A DNA stretch of 64,000 nucleotides from Ramazzottius varieornatus (lineage: Eukaryota; Animalia; Tardigrada). The stretch covers positions 563,036-627,035 of the forward strand of contig BDGG01000015.1 of the NCBI GenBank assembly GCA_001949185.1, written 5' to 3'. Every line of letters begins with the position of its first letter. Position 1 is the stretch's first letter. Under the pieces are notes generated by a model, which worked only from the letters and a program-made list of their open reading frames with translations, ran no database searches and was not told where the DNA came from. This document shows, one piece after another, positions 60,208-64,000 of this stretch. The translations under genes and the position numbers were made by a program.

Positions 60208-61984
60208 TCAGTGACCCATCGAAGCTAGAATAGAAGCGAAAAGAGCAGCAGTATCTTTGTCACTGGCACTCTGAGAACTGGCGAGGCGGATGGGGCTTAC
60301 GCCACTGATAGGTAGGGCGCTGTCGTCGCTGTTCTGGTCATCCCCTCCCACAGCGAACTGCTGACTTGACTGGAACGACGGTGATGAAAACTGTTGCGAG
60401 CTGGTACCCGAGCTTGAGGGAAAGACAAAGTTAGGCTGGACATCTTGAACCACGCCCACGTTGCCGTCTTGTACCGGGCTGACAGCTGGCGTAACGGGGG
60501 ACTGTTGCGCTAGCGTGGGTCGCACAGGCCGACTGACTTGCCCAGACCCGAAATTGACCGGCTGACTTGAGACGAAGCTTGGTTGGCTGAACTGACTAGA
60601 GACCTGTCCAGGTTGGGTTTGAACGAAGCTTGGCTGGCTGAATTGGCTGGAGCTCGATCCAGACTGGCTCGGTGCAAAATTCGGTTGGGTGAATTGACTG
60701 GAGACCTGCGCGGGTTGACTGGAGGAAAAGACTGGCTGAGAGGACTGCGAGCCAAAGACTGTGGTGGGGTTGCTTTGTCCGAAGGTGGAGGAGAAGCTGG
60801 GTGATGCCACACTGGAGGCTGGCTGGGATGGGAAGCCAGCGTTGAAAGTACTGGAGGTCCCTGGCACAAAAATGGAGCCGGATGACGCCGGGCCGCCTGT
60901 CGCGAAGTTTGATACCGATGGCGAACTTTGCGGGGAACCTGAAGTAAATCCAGGGCCGGACTGCTGAAGACCGCCTGGTTGTCCCGATGACTGAAGTGCG
61001 TTGAGGAGTCCACTCAGACCAAAACCTGGCTGACCGGAGAACCCAGGCTGACCAGCTTGTCCGAAGCCAGCTTGCCCCTGGAATGCTGGCTGTCCAGAAA
61101 ACCCAGGTTGGCTTGGAAAACCTTGCTGCCCCGAGAAGCCAGGCAGTCCTGAGAAGCCAGGTTGGCCAGAGAAGCCGAGAGAACCAAAGTGCGATCCGAA
61201 AGGGCGACCAGCTGAAGGGAAGACTGGGTTCCCGAATAGTGAGCCAAGTGGTCCGTAGCCTCCGAATCCAGGTGCGTGGTTGAAAGGAGGTCGGCCGTAC
61301 TGGGGTCCATGAAGGCCAGGGCTACCTCCAGGATAGTCATACCCATATCCTGTTGCTCCGGGATAATTACCAGGATGGCCTCCTGCACCGGGGTAACCTG
61401 TGTCAGAATAGCCAGGGTAGTATCCGCTGCCTGGCGCACCCGCTATTCCAGCCAGTCCTGAAAGGCTACCGAAAGGTCCTATTGCTCCATAGTAATCGCT
61501 CACAGAACCCGTCAGCGGTGAGTAGCTGCTGGAAGCCTTGCCGAATTTACCGTAATTATTCTGCGCCAAGTCGCCGGCGAAATCTGGAAAGAAAAGAATG
61601 TAACCGATAAATTCCGGAAAAATAAACTAAATGGGAGCTGAACGAGCACCCAAAACGATTGTGATCCTAAGTGGCGCACGCTTACATTGTTTCTGGCTGA
61701 CTGCGTGCGCCACTTAACAAAGCAATCCTGCCGAGGCCAATTGTCTTCTCAAGTGGCGCACAGTTCAGTGTTGCTATCCGAAAGCGTGCGTCACTTGAAA
61801 TGACGGTCTTGTCAAGTTGTTGCCCAACTCGCAAGTGATAAATTTTGGCAAATCCGGTACGAAAATAGCCTGAATAGATAGGGTTTCTCGAATAAATGGA
61901 AAACCCGGGGAGCTTACAGGAAGACGAACTCGAAGTGCGCCATAGGACCAGGAAGACCGCCAAACGTTTCAGCGAACTATGCAT
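60208..61984 (-). CDS. Secreted low-complexity Gly/Pro/Tyr- then Ser/Gln/Phe-rich structural protein; exons 61918-61984, 60208-61583
   Basis: Signal-like MHSSLKRLAVFLVLWRTSSSSS spliced in frame to a long ORF with GYPG, (GQPGFS)n and SQFSQPSF repeats. Confidence 0.75.
61633..61831. mobile_element. Family A element (two cassettes) in intron of the Gly-rich gene
   Basis: Cassette loops of 25 and 24 nt. Confidence 0.75.
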
Positions 61985-62776
61985 CTCCGGCGATTTTTGT
62001 CTAGAAAAGACTCCGATAATTTTTTTATTTGGTCAACGGAAGAAAGTAAAACTTGATGGTCTCGCATCGATAAATCACTCACCGATATGCAGCACTAATA
62101 AACACATTGCGTACCCAAGAAGCCGGAGGTTGTTTATGGTCTGGAAATGGACATCAACTTCAGATGGACATCAACAACATCAGATTAAAAGTACGCGCAA
62201 GTTCAGAGAGAAAAAAATCTCCATTGATTAGAGGCATGAATGCGCAGTCATTCTTCGCCCCATTACTTCCGAAAATAAGATTTGGTAACTCGATCGTATA
62301 AATTTTGCTCGTGATCTTCGAAGTGTCCAAGTGGACAAACATGCGGATTTGCTTCTCATTTTTCTGAAGCAAAATCGATCAACGATCGCATAACCGCCAG
62401 TTAAAACTTTGTCGAGGTGATAATGGATCCGTCATTGCCTCGTTAAACCTTTCTGTTATGATAATCATATCCATCACCAAATTCTAATTTATTTCCGAGC
62501 TTTCTACCGTCTGAGAATCTTTTAGCCTCTGTCAGACCCCGTCCAACCAAACAAAACGCCAGAAAATTCCAAACTCCCACAGAAGTGCTAAGAAACACAC
62601 CATTTGCACAAGGGATTCGTCTTTGGTTCCTTCCAAGAACATTAAAGAATATTCTACCGCGAAACAAAAGCTTTATAATTTATATACTGTGTAACAATGA
62701 AATTGTCCGACCGAAAAAATCTGGGAATCTAAGGTTGACAAAAGTAGTACTCAAAAAATCTTCCGTCCATCGGAAT

Positions 62777-64000
62777 CTACTCTTCCTCACAATCACCTTC
62801 CTCGTTTTGGTCTCTTGGTCCTACATCATCACTTTCTCCATCTTCCTCACCTTCGACTTCTTGGACGCTCATACTAGCGTCCATCGTTTCCTTTCCAACA
62901 CCTTCCCCCTCTTCCCCATCAGCCTCTTCCTCCTCACTTGACTCCTCATCACCATCTTCTTCTTCATCCTCCATGCCCTCCTCTTCCTCTTCGTCGGCGG
63001 GAACGTAGAAGCGTCGGTTGATGAAGGGCGAGGGCTTGGCTTGGACGTACATACCTTCACAGATGATCTCTTCATCGTCATCTTCCCGGTCTTCCTCTTG
63101 TCCCTCCTCTTGATCACTAGCCTCTTCGTTGTCATCTTGTTCGACTCCGCTGACATCAGATGCTTGAGCACTTCCTTCTGAGAAACCGAACAACACAAAA
63201 TTAACTAGCCAAGATCATTCAAGGATCGGCCAACAAGCGTGACAAGGATGCTCTTCCAAGTGGCGCACATTGTCACTGTGACTGACCAGAAGCGTGCGGC
63301 AATCGAGAAAAACAATCAAACTCGACAAGGTCAATTTTCCATGCGGCGCAGACTTCCGGCCAATAACACGGGAAATTTGCGCCACTTAGGAGAGCGGTCT
63401 AGCAGAATTTATTTCTCGAGCTGTTTATATTGTTGGAGTCTCATTGTTTAATCGTCATTTTTTGCTGGTTGACTACCTTCTTGATTGTCTTCTTGGTCTT
63501 CTTCCTCGTCTTCTTCGTCAGCGGTGGGGAGTGCGACGAAGCGGCCTTTTCCATCCCGCCACAGTCGCTGGCTGGCTCGCTTGGCTGACTCGTCTTTGGC
63601 GACTTCTTGTGCGTCCTGTTCTTCCTCCATACTCTCATCCGCTTCTTCGGGGGAGTTCTCGGAGCTGGAGACGTTAGGCAGTTCTGCTGCTTGAGAGCTG
63701 GGCAGGTCGACCAAGGCGTTGTCGGCGCTAAAGGCCTCTTCCAGAGACTGCATCAGCTCGTGGTCGTCATCGTCCTGCGACGCGCTGACGAAAGCTTTCA
63801 GCTGACTCAAGTAGTCCGTGTCGGAGTTTTCGTCGAAAACTTCACTGGAAGATGGCGCCAGGAAAGCCTGAAAAAAAATATTTCACCAAAATTTCAAAAC
63901 AAATTCAGAAACATTCGAATTTATTCTTGAGCTATTTCTGGAGACTGTAGAACTTTGGGAAAATTTTCTTACCATTGAGCTTCCGTCGAATTCCAGCGGA
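62777..64000 (-). CDS. 3' part of a highly acidic (Asp/Glu-rich) protein; continues beyond the window
   Basis: Exons 62777-63177 and 63477-63867 join in frame; long E/D tracts; upstream exon at the window edge. Confidence 0.65.
63225..63422. mobile_element. Family A element in acidic gene intron
   Basis: Two degenerate cassettes with AAACTCGACAAG linker. Confidence 0.65.

Overview
Gene-dense eukaryotic (invertebrate) genomic DNA with mostly short GT-AG introns and one N gap. Compact introns, intermediate GC and paralogous antioxidant genes are consistent with a tardigrade such as Ramazzottius; this is inference, not proven from the window. Intact-looking spliced genes: Cu/Zn SOD, BICRA/GLTSCR1-like, metaxin, dynactin p50, a 4-TM protein, a reeler-domain protein, a very long roadblock/LC7 protein, BET1, a GRAM-domain protein, two intron-containing pogo/CENP-B-like transposase-derived paralogs, two sigma-class GSTs (one with a signal peptide), a secreted Gly/Ser/Gln-rich protein and the 3' part of an acidic protein. 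Between 37 and 60 kb there are many broken or partial copies: a Rad6/UBE2A split by mosaic DNA, GTSF1-like, F-box and GST pseudogenes, and an orphan X11/Mint fragment. The main non-coding signal is about 25 copies of a modular palindromic element, most of them in introns. Its ends are GGGAGCTCGGCAAAC...GTTTGCCGAGCTCCC and it encloses 1-3 CAAGTGGCGCAC-N24-26-GTGCGCCACTTG hairpin cassettes. One copy contains a CRE-clade retrotransposon with a 9-bp target duplication. All exon models and family calls were made by eye; boundaries of degenerate repeats are approximate.
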